The notes: generated by a model from the letters alone, not told the origin. A DNA stretch of 64,000 bases from an uncultured Desulfobacter sp. (GCA_963665095.1 OY762069.1:6048001-6112000); one strand, 5' to 3'; positions 18,836 to 29,069 are shown, counted from the stretch's first letter. Numbers and translations: made by a program.

Positions 18836-20303
18836 TTACGAAACCTATGTTCAAATCAGAAATTACTTTACCCGAGACGGCCTGACATACAGCCAGATTG
18901 CCAATGCCCTTGATCTGGACCCCAGGACAGTTGCCAGGTGGGCCAACCTGAAAAGGTACCAGCCCAGACAGTCAGCCCCCAGAGAAAGCAAGCTTGATCC
19001 GTATAAGAACGCCATCCTGCATATGCTTGAAAAACATCCCTACAGTTCCCGCCAGATATTTCAACGAATCACCCAGGATGGTTTTGCCGGGGGCATCACC
19101 ATTGTTGAGGATTATGTCAGGAAGGTGCGGCCGCCCAAAACAAAGGCGTATTTGAAACTGAGTTTTGCTCCGGGTGAAGCTGCCCAGGTGGACTGGGGTT
19201 CTTATAGTACAGTAAGGGTGGGCAACACGACCCGGCGGTTGAGCTTTTTTGTGATGGTGATGTGCCACAGCCGCATGATGTACGTTGAGTTCACGGTCTC
19301 CCAGACCATGGAGCATTTTTTAGGCTGCCACCAGAATGCATTTGAGTTTTTTGGAAAGGTGCCGGAAAAGGTCATGGTGGACAATCTCAAATCCGCTGTT
19401 CTAAAAAGACTGCTGGGGAAAGCCCCGGTCTTCAACCCCAGATACCTTGATTTTGCAGATTATTACGGATTTACAATTGTTCCCTGTAATGTGCGCAAGG
19501 GTAATGAAAAAGGCCGGGTTGAAAATGCTGTGGGCTATGTCAAAAAGAATCTGCTCAACGGTCTTGAAATCCCTGATTTTAAGATCATGGAGCCCACCTG
19601 CAAACACTGGCTTGATACTGTCGCCAATGTCAGAACCCACGGAGAGACCGGTCAAAAGCCCGCAGAGATGTATGCCCTGGAATTGCCCCACCTATACCCT
19701 CTGCCGTCAGAACCCTATGATATCGGTGTGGTAAAGCAGGTACGGGCTTCAAGACAGTACAGGGTAGTCATCGATACAAATGCTTACACAGTACCCGCCC
19801 AGCTGGCAGGGGTGGCTTTGACTGCCAAGCTTTACCCTGATCGGATCTGCTTTTACCATGAAGACAAGTTGGTTGCCCGCCATGTCAGATCCTATGGCCG
19901 CAAAAACGACCTTGAAGATCCTGATCACTCTAAAATCCTTTTGAGCCAGCGCAAAAAGGCCAGAGACCAGGCAATTTATATGCGTTTTTTAAGCCTCTCT
20001 GACAAGGCCCGGGAGTATTACAGGCAATTGCAGAACAGGCGGCTTAACGCCTCCCATCATGTACGGCAAATCGTGGCCTTGAGTGAAATCTACTCCCGGG
20101 AACAAGTTGCCATGGCCATTGAAGATGCCTTTAAGTTCTCTGCATTCTCATGTGAATACATCGCCAACCTCCTTGAGCAGCGGGTTCGGTCTCCCCAGGA
20201 GCCCGGAGCCCTGCATGTTACACATAAAGCAGATTTACTGAACCTGACAATCCAGGAGCCTGATCTTAATATTTATACCGCCATAGGAGATAAAAATGCC
20301 TGA
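18828..20303 (+). CDS. istA: IS21-family DDE transposase
   Basis: N-terminal HTH, PGEAAQVDW, VDNLKSAV, EKGRVE. Confidence 0.95.
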   Translation: MIDYETYVQIRNYFTRDGLTYSQIANALDLDPRTVARWANLKRYQPRQSAPRESKLDPYKNAILHMLEKHPYSSRQIFQRITQDGFAGGITIVEDYVRKVRPPKTKAYLKLSFAPGEAAQVDWGSYSTVRVGNTTRRLSFFVMVMCHSRMMYVEFTVSQTMEHFLGCHQNAFEFFGKVPEKVMVDNLKSAVLKRLLGKAPVFNPRYLDFADYYGFTIVPCNVRKGNEKGRVENAVGYVKKNLLNGLEIPDFKIMEPTCKHWLDTVANVRTHGETGQKPAEMYALELPHLYPLPSEPYDIGVVKQVRASRQYRVVIDTNAYTVPAQLAGVALTAKLYPDRICFYHEDKLVARHVRSYGRKNDLEDPDHSKILLSQRKKARDQAIYMRFLSLSDKAREYYRQLQNRRLNASHHVRQIVALSEIYSREQVAMAIEDAFKFSAFSCEYIANLLEQRVRSPQEPGALHVTHKADLLNLTIQEPDLNIYTAIGDKNA

Positions 20304-21030
20304 TCTTGAGAAATGCCTGTCCCACTTAAAACTACCTTATATCAGGGAAAACTATGAGTCAGTGGCTACCCTGGCTGCCCAGAAGCAATGGAGCCACGTT
20401 CAATATCTATCAGAGCTTGCCAGGCATGAATCACTACTGCGCCATGATAAAACCATCCAGCGCCGTATCCGTATGGCCAAGTTCCCGGTAATCAAAACCC
20501 TGGACCAGTTCAACTGGTCATGGCCCAGAAAAATCAATCAGGCTCAGATCCAGAATCTGTTCAGACTCAAGTTCATTGAAGAAAAGGGTAACATTATCGT
20601 GATCGGCCCGGTCGGTGTTGGGAAAACACATATTGCGACTGCTTTAGGTTACCAGGCCTGCCTGAAAAACCATACGGTTCTGTTCTCTTCTGCCATTGAT
20701 ATCGTCAACAATCTGGTGGCAGCCCAGAAGGCGGGTCAGTTAAAGCAGGAACTGAGAAAATACCTCAAGCCAACTTTGTTGATCATGGATGAACTGGGCT
20801 ACCTGCCCATTGACAAGATTGGGGCAGACCTGTTGTTCCAAATTATCAGTCAGCGCTATGAGCAAGGAGCCATCATAATAACCACAAACCGGGTGTTCAA
20901 AGATTGGCCGGAGATCTTCAACAATGACATGACATTAACATCAGCTTTGCTGGACAGGCTTCTTCACCACACCGAGCCTGTGGTCATTGAGGGTAAGAGT
21001 TTTAGAATGAAAGATGTGACGGAAGAATAA
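20296..21030 (+). CDS. istB: IS21-family AAA+ helper ATPase
   Basis: GPVGVGKT, LLIMDELGY, ITTN, LDRLLHH. Confidence 0.96.
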   Translation: MPDLEKCLSHLKLPYIRENYESVATLAAQKQWSHVQYLSELARHESLLRHDKTIQRRIRMAKFPVIKTLDQFNWSWPRKINQAQIQNLFRLKFIEEKGNIIVIGPVGVGKTHIATALGYQACLKNHTVLFSSAIDIVNNLVAAQKAGQLKQELRKYLKPTLLIMDELGYLPIDKIGADLLFQIISQRYEQGAIIITTNRVFKDWPEIFNNDMTLTSALLDRLLHHTEPVVIEGKSFRMKDVTEE

Positions 21031-21129
21031 CAAAGCCGAGGCCGGTCTACATGCATCTGGAGGCCGGCCCTTTAATCGCCTACATTTTTAAACCGGGAGA
21101 TTTATGACATGTTCACGCCCCGCCTGACA

Positions 21130-22152
21130 GATTATTTTGGGCCAGAGAGAATGCAGTTGATCCGGTGACATAGTTTTTAAGAAATTATCATTGTCGCTAA
21201 TATCCATAAGACCGGTAGAATCCATTCTCCACTTCATTTTTGCCATACTCTGGTTGATCTGAATGTTACTTGGGGCTGCAATCGATGCCCTTTGCACTGG
21301 CCATGAAATTGAAAGCGCAGGGACCGGCTCATATGATAATCCATTGAGCAGCCTTGATACTGTTGTACAAAAATCTGCTCTCATTCTTGAAAGCCGATTT
21401 GCCGGGTAATCTATCGCCGCAATTTTATCAACCAGTCGGTGGTGTTTATCACACAATAAAAGAATGTTGGAAGGATCATCAGATAGATGATCCGACATTA
21501 CCACAATACCCCGTGGACCATTTTCAGATGAAGCGACATTATGGGCCAGGTATGCATAATTGCCTTCGTAACCTGTGGTTTCATCCATTGTTAGATTTGC
21601 CCCACAACCTTCAAACATGCAGCGACCATGGGCTTCTATATACACTGTCGTCTTGGTGTCTTTTGAGAAGCCCTTTCCACGCCCAGACTCTGGCCCTTTA
21701 AAAAATATTTTTTCAATTTGGTCCAACTCCTTGGAAATCCCCAATTCAATTGATTGCGCCTCGGCTTTTTTCCACAAGGAATCTATATCTTCCAAAGACT
21801 GGATTTGTTCCTGGCTGAAAAATTGCCCTTGGCAGGCCCTGAAAATTATTGGAGCTGTTTTATCAGAAATAAAAAGCCGTATGGCCGTTAAAGTCTCTTC
21901 AGGGGAACCAAGACAGAGGCGAAAGACAGCAACGACACGATCTGTTTGAAGCAGCGTAATCAAGGTTGAGCATTGTTTTCCAATATTTTGATCAATTAAA
22001 ATTCCCACATGAGACCATTGGATATGTTCAGCCACTAATTTATGATGTGCTTCAACAAGGCCCAATTCATCAAGCGGAGGATGAATCGTCTGAACATAAA
22101 TAACTTCTGTTTTGTTTGTTTTACCAACCATCAGCGTTGCAGTCTCCTTCAT
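21130..22152 (-). pseudogene. 5' part of CBASS HNH-SAVED (Cap5-like) effector with extra N-terminal domain
   Basis: GRCMFEGC, LAHNVASSENGPRG, NILLLCDKHHRLVD HNH motifs; start overlaps cap3 stop (ATGA). Confidence 0.85.
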
Positions 22153-22643
22153 GCTTTTATTTTGTATTCCCCAACAACCGTAAGCGAATTCCTGATTATT
22201 TTTTTCGTTCCCATCCAACAACGGATATGGGTCCGTCCAACAATTATAAAAAATAAATGCCTGCCATCATAAACTGATTTATTAAGAGCTTTGAACCAGT
22301 CTGATTTATCTATTTTAGAGTAATGAGGGTAGTCTTCTGGATGGGTGTGCCATAGCCCGACATAGGTAGATATTTTATTGGATTCCTGCCAGATTTCTTG
22401 AACCAGCTTTTCATGGGCGCTTGATCTGTAAAACATACACGCGCCCTGTTTATCTCCTGTTTGTGGCGGCGTAAATTGGTCTATCACCATCCGGCCACCA
22501 CGGATTAAATGTTTCCCGATTAAAGCACCGCCTGATTCAGGAAACGTGCGATCCGTTTGCTGAAAGCGGCATATCTGCTCTAAAAGCGTGTGGTCAAATC
22601 GCACTTTGCCAAACGTTTGTATGTTTATGATCCAGTCATCCAT
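22149..22643 (-). CDS. cap3: CBASS JAB/MPN isopeptidase
   Basis: ESGGALIG and YVGLWHTHPE..SKID JAMM motif; start MDDW overlaps the reconstructed cap2 stop. Confidence 0.9.
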   Translation of the reverse strand: MDDWIINIQTFGKVRFDHTLLEQICRFQQTDRTFPESGGALIGKHLIRGGRMVIDQFTPPQTGDKQGACMFYRSSAHEKLVQEIWQESNKISTYVGLWHTHPEDYPHYSKIDKSDWFKALNKSVYDGRHLFFIIVGRTHIRCWMGTKKIIRNSLTVVGEYKIKA

Positions 22644-22728
22644 TATGGCACACCCCACAACTACAGGCTTTGTCATAGGCAGTTTCTTCTATCATGGCCA
22701 TTCCGTAATATCTTTTAGTCAACCCAAC
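22636..22728 (-). pseudogene. Detached 3' tail of cap2
   Basis: VG-LTKRYYGMAMIEETAYDKACSCGVRHNG* continues cap2 in frame across the TSD. Confidence 0.85.
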
Positions 22729-22866
22729 TGAGAATGATCACAAAAAATCATGGAAAAATTAAAGATAATTTGCAAGATATGCCAGGGATGAGGCAGAAGC
22801 TCCCCCGTTTATCTCGCAAATAATCAATGGAACTTCTGCCCCTATTACCCTAACAGGGCAGGAGAT

Positions 22867-23442
22867 ATGCTATCAGAACTTATTAAAAACAAAAATCTTT
22901 TTTTCCATCTTTACGAAATCGATAAAAATACAGCAAAACAGTACAGACAGTTGCCTTGTCCGCATTGTGGAGGCCCCTTATATTTCAGCAATTACATGCG
23001 CAAGCCCCGGGGAGAGCCTGAGGGCGTGCCGGAGGAATTCTTTATTCAGTTCAGCCTATGTTGTGGAACCGAAGGGTGTCGCAAAAGATTGATGCCGCCG
23101 TCCTGCCGTTTTCTGGGGAGAAAAGTCTACTGGTTTGCAGTTATTCTGTGTGTTTTAACAGACTGGCAAAATACCAATGAAAAAATCACCGTTTATGATT
23201 TGTCCATACGAACTGGCATTAGCCGGAACACAATAAACCGCTGGCTTGCCTTTTTTCAGGATACATTTCCAGTGAGCCGAACCTGGCGAAGGCTTCGGGG
23301 GCAGATATCCGCTGGTGTCAGTAACAGCCGTCTGCCGTCAAGTTTCATCAATTATTGCCGGGCGGTGAAATCCAACGCCGAAAACGCACTTGTATCAAGC
23401 CTGATAATCTTATCAGGCGGGTCCAAAATCAGGGCCGGATAA
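22867..23442 (+). CDS. Zn-finger + HTH accessory protein of the transposon
   Basis: CPHC...CCGTEGC; HTH-like TVYDLSIRTGISRNTINRW; GGAGA SD. Confidence 0.8.
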   Translation: MLSELIKNKNLFFHLYEIDKNTAKQYRQLPCPHCGGPLYFSNYMRKPRGEPEGVPEEFFIQFSLCCGTEGCRKRLMPPSCRFLGRKVYWFAVILCVLTDWQNTNEKITVYDLSIRTGISRNTINRWLAFFQDTFPVSRTWRRLRGQISAGVSNSRLPSSFINYCRAVKSNAENALVSSLIILSGGSKIRAG

Positions 23443-23548
23443 TCTCGCGCAGAGGATGAACATAGACAAATATATGCAGGCTGTTTTACCACCTGATTTC
23501 AGACGTTGATCCGAAATTTTAACCTGAAATTAAAAAGGAGCCTGATTT

Positions 23549-24994
23549 ATGAGTGGTAAAACACAGCACCCGGCAGACCTGTGGGCATTATTTCGCTTTT
23601 CGGTTATCGGCGGTTTACTGGCACGCCCTCCGGCAAAGGGAGAGTTGCAAAATGAACTGACCCGGCTCGCAGGTCAAATCTATTCTCATCCTGTGACGAA
23701 CAAACCGACCTGTTTTCATTTTTCCACAATTGAGGCCTGGTATTACAGGGCAAAAAATTGCCAGGACCCAATTCTGGCTCTGGGCCGTAAAGTTCGTTCA
23801 GATATGGGCAAATCCACAGCATTGAATGCTGAATTGATCCGCCTTCTTGGTGTCCAGTACAACACTTATCCGCAATGGAGCTATCAGCTTCATTGCGACA
23901 ACCTGGCAGCTGAAATCGCTGAACAGGGCCTGTGTGAGAATCCGCCGTCCTATGCAAGTGTGAGAAGGCGTATGGTTGAACGGGGTTGGAGAAAAAAGGC
24001 TTCCAAGAACAAAAATCAAACATCCGGACAGAAATCAGCTTTTAAGCGATTAGAAACGTATGAAGTCCGTAGTTATGAAACCGAAAACATCCATGAATTA
24101 TGGCATCTGGACTTTCACGAATGCAGCAGGCGCGTGGTGGACGAAAAAGGTCAGTGGCATACGCCCAAGGCATTGTGCATTCTTGATGATCGCTCCCGTC
24201 TGTGTTGTCATATTCAATGGTATTTGAATGAAACGGCAGAGGTTTTGATCCACGGCTTGTCCCAGGCGTTTTACAAAAGAGGGCTTCCCAGAGCCTTGAT
24301 GACAGATAATGGTTCTGCCATGATTGCTCATGAAACCGGCAACGGACTTAAACGATTGGGCGTCAGTCATGAGACCACGTTGCCATACTCGCCCTATCAA
24401 AATGGGAAGCAGGAAGCCTTTTGGGGTACACTTGAAGGCCGTTTGATCGCCATGCTGAGCCGGATGGATTCTTTGACCCTGGTATATTTAAATCAGGTCT
24501 CCCAGGCCTGGATCGAGATGGAATACAACAAGTCAACCCATGATGAAATTCATATGTCGCCATTGCAATGCGCCCTTGACGGCAAGGATGTGTCACGTCC
24601 TGCACCGGAACCTGAACAGCTTCAATTTTCGTTTACAGCCTGTGAATCCAGAAAACAGCGTCTGTCCGATGGTACCATCTCTTTGATGGGCATCCGGTTT
24701 GAAATCCCTTCACGGTTTAATCATATCCAGCGTCTTCATGTCTGTTTTTGCTCCTGGGATAAATCGGTTGCCTGGCTGATAGATAAACGAACCGGAAATA
24801 AGCTTGCCGCAATTTATCCCCAGGACAAGACAAAGAATGCTTCAGCAATCCGTCGTATCAAATCCACTCCGGATGAAATTAACCCTGGCCATGAAACCCT
24901 GTCCGGATCAGAACCGGCCCTGCTTAAAAAGCTCTTGTCCGATTATGCAGCAACCGGAATGCCTTGTGCCTACTTGCCAATGGAGGAAAAGTGA
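23549..24994 (+). CDS. DDE integrase/transposase (rve core, Mu-like C-terminus)
   Basis: ELWHLDF, ILDDRSR, MTDNGS, QNGKQE; C-terminal DGTISLMGIRFE. Confidence 0.92.
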   Translation: MSGKTQHPADLWALFRFSVIGGLLARPPAKGELQNELTRLAGQIYSHPVTNKPTCFHFSTIEAWYYRAKNCQDPILALGRKVRSDMGKSTALNAELIRLLGVQYNTYPQWSYQLHCDNLAAEIAEQGLCENPPSYASVRRRMVERGWRKKASKNKNQTSGQKSAFKRLETYEVRSYETENIHELWHLDFHECSRRVVDEKGQWHTPKALCILDDRSRLCCHIQWYLNETAEVLIHGLSQAFYKRGLPRALMTDNGSAMIAHETGNGLKRLGVSHETTLPYSPYQNGKQEAFWGTLEGRLIAMLSRMDSLTLVYLNQVSQAWIEMEYNKSTHDEIHMSPLQCALDGKDVSRPAPEPEQLQFSFTACESRKQRLSDGTISLMGIRFEIPSRFNHIQRLHVCFCSWDKSVAWLIDKRTGNKLAAIYPQDKTKNASAIRRIKSTPDEINPGHETLSGSEPALLKKLLSDYAATGMPCAYLPMEEK

Positions 24995-25818
24995 TGAACA
25001 GCAAACGATTATTGGCTTATTATGGATTGAAGTACAATCCTTTTTTACCAAATATTCCTGTGGACTCATTATGGCATCCACCCCGGATGGAGGCATTTAT
25101 TACACGCCTTGAAAATATGACCATGAACGGTGGATTTGCATTAATCGCCGGTGAACCCGGTCTTGGCAAATCCAAGACACTACAGGCGATTGCCCATCAG
25201 CTTGGCAAGCTTGATGAAGTCGTTGTCGGCGTTATGGAGCGCCCCCAAAGCAGCGTGGCCGATTTCTATCGGGAAATGGGGACACTGTTTGGTGTCAATT
25301 TGAGTCCGGCCAACCGTTACGGAGGGTTCAAAGATCTGCGGCAACGATGGAAAAATCATATTAAAACAACCCTGTTCAGACCCGTCCTGCTCATTGATGA
25401 GGCTCAGGAAATGCTTACCGGATGCCTGAATGAGCTTCGGTTGCTCAACAGTATGGATTTTGACTCCCAGAATTTATTGACCACCATTATCTGTGGTGAT
25501 ACCCGGCTGCCGGAACGGTTCAGAACCAGTGCATTGGTAGCCCTGGGGAGTCGACTCCGGTTCCGGTTAAAATTGGATCCTTATACCCGGGAAGAATTGT
25601 TGGATTATATAGCGCATTGCCTAAATCAGGCCGGAGCTCCTCAACTCATGACAAAACCTTTAATCACCGCTTTGGTAGAGCACTGTACAGGAAACTTACG
25701 GGTCCTCAATAATATGTCGGCAGAACTGCTTGAAGTGGGCGTTCAAAGAGAGCTGCCGCAACTGGATGAGAAACTTTTCATAGAGCTTTTTTCACTGAAA
25801 CCGTCGCCAACCAGATAA
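24994..25818 (+). CDS. ExeA/TniB-like AAA ATPase
   Basis: YYGLKYNPF, GEPGLGKS, LLIDEAQ, GNLRVLN; GGAGG SD and TGATG coupling to the transposase. Confidence 0.9.
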   Translation: MNSKRLLAYYGLKYNPFLPNIPVDSLWHPPRMEAFITRLENMTMNGGFALIAGEPGLGKSKTLQAIAHQLGKLDEVVVGVMERPQSSVADFYREMGTLFGVNLSPANRYGGFKDLRQRWKNHIKTTLFRPVLLIDEAQEMLTGCLNELRLLNSMDFDSQNLLTTIICGDTRLPERFRTSALVALGSRLRFRLKLDPYTREELLDYIAHCLNQAGAPQLMTKPLITALVEHCTGNLRVLNNMSAELLEVGVQRELPQLDEKLFIELFSLKPSPTR

Positions 25819-25829
25819 GAGGTATAAAA

Positions 25830-26072
25830 ATGACAATCAATGAAACACAACTTGAAAAAACAATGGCTGAAATTGTCGACGAGCTGGGCAATCTGGTCAT
25901 GGAGTTGATCCTTGTCAGTTTAAAAAAAATAAACTCGGAAAATCATCTTTTGACAGAATTGCTGGAGATCAAACAAGAGGAACAAAGAGAAAATGAATTT
26001 TATGGTTTTGGTGAAACGGAGCCGGGACATCCTGGGGAGGAAACCCGGCAAGGGATAGCCAAAAGCAGGTAG
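25830..26072 (+). CDS. Small acidic helical protein, fourth gene of the transposon
   Basis: GAGG SD, 11 bp after the ATPase, inside the element ends. Confidence 0.6.
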   Translation: MTINETQLEKTMAEIVDELGNLVMELILVSLKKINSENHLLTELLEIKQEEQRENEFYGFGETEPGHPGEETRQGIAKSR

Positions 26073-26269
26073 CATTGAATAATGCGCCGGGGGAAGCGGG
26101 GTTGACCTGCTTCCCCTTTCTGTATTATTCAAGCTTTCCTGCTCATGCCTTAAAAAACCCAATAAAATCAGTCGGAGCGCAGCGACATCTGCTAATCATT
26201 GAAAATACAGTTATGCCTTTCCCTGATTTATCCTGATTGTCGCTCCATTGATTATCGTGCTTCCTCTCA

Positions 26270-27889
26270 CCCAACTCCGGTAATATTGGGATTTTTCCAA
26301 CTGACCACCTTGTTGAGCGCATTATATTTTATGGTTTCAATACAAAGCCTTGTCGTTATCATGGCGGTCTGGGATGAGTCCAAATAAGAAAACGGGGTGA
26401 AAACCCCTGCACAGCCTGTTAAATTTTTGGTCAGATGTTGGCCCGGCATGACAAGGTTCAACGGTGATGCCAATGAAAATTTACCTGCGCGCCAGAATTG
26501 GCATTCGTAACAACTTGAATCAAGATTAACAGATAGCGCATGGCCTCCGGCACTGGCGGCTTCGTTCCAGCAATAAACAATCTTTTTAAAATGGGCGGTT
26601 TTGAATGCTTTATTTAAATACAGGTTCGCTGCCGGTGATCCTACAGCGGAAACAATGACATCCGCATTAATCAAAACTCTTTCACTCAAAATGCTCTCAG
26701 CTCGCTTGGGAATGGCATCAACTTGGATATATGGAAGCTCTGTTTTCAAAAAATCGGCAAGCACATTCACTTTGCGAAATAAAGGGACTTTCCCAGTTTC
26801 TTGTACAGGTTCATAAGAAAGATATCTTCCTCCCAACCTGTGGCGGTAAATATTATCAATTTCTAAAGAATCATTATCAATGAGGATAAGGTGACCAACC
26901 CCCGCTTTGGCCAGCATCACCGAAATTTCAGACCCCACTGACCCACAGCCGATTATGGCAACGCTTGAATTTAAAAGTTTTGTATCCGCACCCCCACGTT
27001 CAAGAAGGTAGCCTTTGTCATGCCTGTTGATCAAATAGACTTTAACTTTCGAGTCCTGGGATTTTTCTTTCAGGGGATGAGGTCTGGGCTTGGGGGCTGT
27101 CAGCCGAAATAAAATAAGGCTTCTCATCCCTTTAGACCTTGGGAAGCCAAACAAAATATAATGCTCCCTGGCAGAAGATAATTTGCTTATAATCTTGTCT
27201 ATCTTCTTTAAAAACGGAGCTTCAACGAGCGACAAAATGTTATAAATATATTTTGAATCAAGATTATTGACGCCCTGTGGCGGCAGCATAGGATACTGCG
27301 TTGGTATATAAACGGCTTTAATGGTTTGAAACGCATTGATTTTTGTAAAATTGCTGTATTGTTCCGGCAGAGCCTGTCCGTCATCATAAACAAAAAAGGG
27401 TTCTGCGGCAGTCTGCTTTCCATTTGTGGGTCGCCAGATTTTCAAATACACCTTTTGGGGAATATCTGCCCCTATGACGTTTCCTGGAATACGATCACTG
27501 ATCGGTTCGAAAAAGCCCTCATACTCGTCAGTTAATTCCATCCTGTTAACTTTTAAAGAACCGAAATCCAGGAGATCAACAGCAGATTCAATAACCGTAC
27601 TGATGATATCCTTCGGGCGCGTATAATCGACGATGATAGAATCGCTTTCATCAATGCATAGCAGGCCTGTGGCATTCACATGGGGAATAGTGCCAATCAT
27701 GTCCTCTTCCAACAAAAAGACATGTGGTAGGGAGTATGGAAACAGATCGTCAAAAAAGAATCGGGTGCACCATCTTCTATTTTTCCCTTGCAGGGTGAAA
27801 TAAAACTGGGTTTCCTTATGATGAGAGGCATCTATCAGTAAAGGATGTACAAATGCTTCCACCAAGGCCTTTAACGGGCCTTCATTCAT
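26270..27889 (-). pseudogene. cap2: CBASS E2-E1 (ThiF) conjugating enzyme, C-terminally truncated by transposon
   Basis: E2 PHVN..LCI; E1 IIGCGSVGS, DNDSLEIDNIYRH, CYEC, GCAGVFTPF; the stop codon is supplied by the transposon end. Confidence 0.9.
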
Positions 27890-28890
27890 GCATTGTTTCC
27901 CGTAGTGAGGTATGGCTTTTTATTTGAAGCTCTGGCCTCCTCTTCTTCAACCAGCGGGAACTTATCCCCAAAAACCTGTCTGAAAATTTTACTTGCCTTG
28001 TGCCCATCCGCTTCATCCCGCGCCGCTTCAAGAGCCTCAACCAACGCTTCAATCTTATCGTAAAAGATATTGGTCTGAATTAAGGTCATTTTTTCATAAA
28101 CATTGCTGAAAGGCTCAACCGGTAAATCCGCATTTATCGATTGTTTGTATGCGCCTGATTGCTCATCCCATACCATAAAAAAGCTGTTCTTGATGGCGGA
28201 TACAATGGCAATCAGCGACTCAAGGTCATTCCCCTCCTTGTAGTTAAAATTCTTACCCGCCTGAATAGTCAGTCCAATAGACGGCGGCATGGCATTGCCA
28301 TCAACTGAAAAATGTTTTTCCTTCCAGGCTTTCAGGTAGCGAACGCATCGGCGGTATTGGCTTCTTTTTTCAGCTGTGTCAGAAATATTATTTACCCAAT
28401 CAATGAGTTGTTTGGGAGACGACTTTTCCCAGGTCGGGTCCGTGGCATGTTCTTTTCCCCAGGCAATGTGGTAATCGTCTGAATTGGAGGCATAAACAGC
28501 AAGATCTACATGGTATCCGTCAGAATATTTTACTGTGATACATGGGCGGCGGATAACAACGGTTCTATTGTGCCTGGTCAATTTATCCCGTATCAATTTT
28601 TTGAGTTTAACCGGCTCATATTCCTGATTTGTAATGTCAAAAACGATTCCAACATCAATGTCGTAATCATTATTGGGCGGGATTATTCCTGTATGCATGG
28701 CATAAGACCCCTGCCCGAAATATGAAAAAACCAGTTTTTTATCTTTGCCCGGAATTTTCTCATCTTTCAAGCCTTGCTTTAACTCCTTAATCAAAAGCTC
28801 CCGTTTATCCCGAAGTTTCTGCTCCTCTTCATAGGTACCCAGCTTGATTGCATCATGAAATTTAATAAATTCATTTTGTAAATTAGGCAT
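27886..28890 (-). CDS. CBASS cGAS/DncV-like nucleotidyltransferase (CD-NTase)
   Basis: QGSYAMHT..DYDIDVG, YHVDLAVY, RYLKAWK; C-terminal tail ends TGNNA. Confidence 0.93.
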   Translation of the reverse strand: MPNLQNEFIKFHDAIKLGTYEEEQKLRDKRELLIKELKQGLKDEKIPGKDKKLVFSYFGQGSYAMHTGIIPPNNDYDIDVGIVFDITNQEYEPVKLKKLIRDKLTRHNRTVVIRRPCITVKYSDGYHVDLAVYASNSDDYHIAWGKEHATDPTWEKSSPKQLIDWVNNISDTAEKRSQYRRCVRYLKAWKEKHFSVDGNAMPPSIGLTIQAGKNFNYKEGNDLESLIAIVSAIKNSFFMVWDEQSGAYKQSINADLPVEPFSNVYEKMTLIQTNIFYDKIEALVEALEAARDEADGHKASKIFRQVFGDKFPLVEEEEARASNKKPYLTTGNNA

Positions 28891-29069
28891 ATGACCTTAC
28901 ACTCTCCAAATTGATTAAAGTTAACTAAATTCAAAATAATGCGAATACTTTCTTTGTCAATGTTGAGAATGCAAATAAATATAATTTTATTTTTTATCCT
29001 ACGATAAAATAGTATTTTGTGATAAATATACCTCTATATTTAATAAAATAAAAATTTATAAGGGTTCAG

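Larger units (their letters stand above)
17778..21129 (+). mobile_element. IS21-family element with two extra upstream ORFs (3352 bp)
   Basis: TGTCAGG...CCTGACA ends, ~49-bp imperfect IRs, 5-bp TSD GATTA (17773-17777, 21130-21134), istA-istB. Confidence 0.95.
22729..26269 (+). mobile_element. Four-gene DDE transposon (IS481/Mu-like transposase + ExeA-like ATPase), 3541 bp
   Basis: TGAGA...TCTCA ends; 6-bp TSD CCCAAC (22723-22728, 26270-26275); shared subterminal motif ATAATCAATGGA. Confidence 0.9.

Noticed and set aside
21088..22221. 377-aa ORF as a complete stand-alone HNH gene
   Set aside because: Its last residues come from the IS21 end and its first 23 overlap cap3; it is half of a split gene
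22644..22676. Cap3 start at 22676
   Set aside because: This stretch is the detached cap2 tail; ATG 22643 gives the usual stop/start overlap
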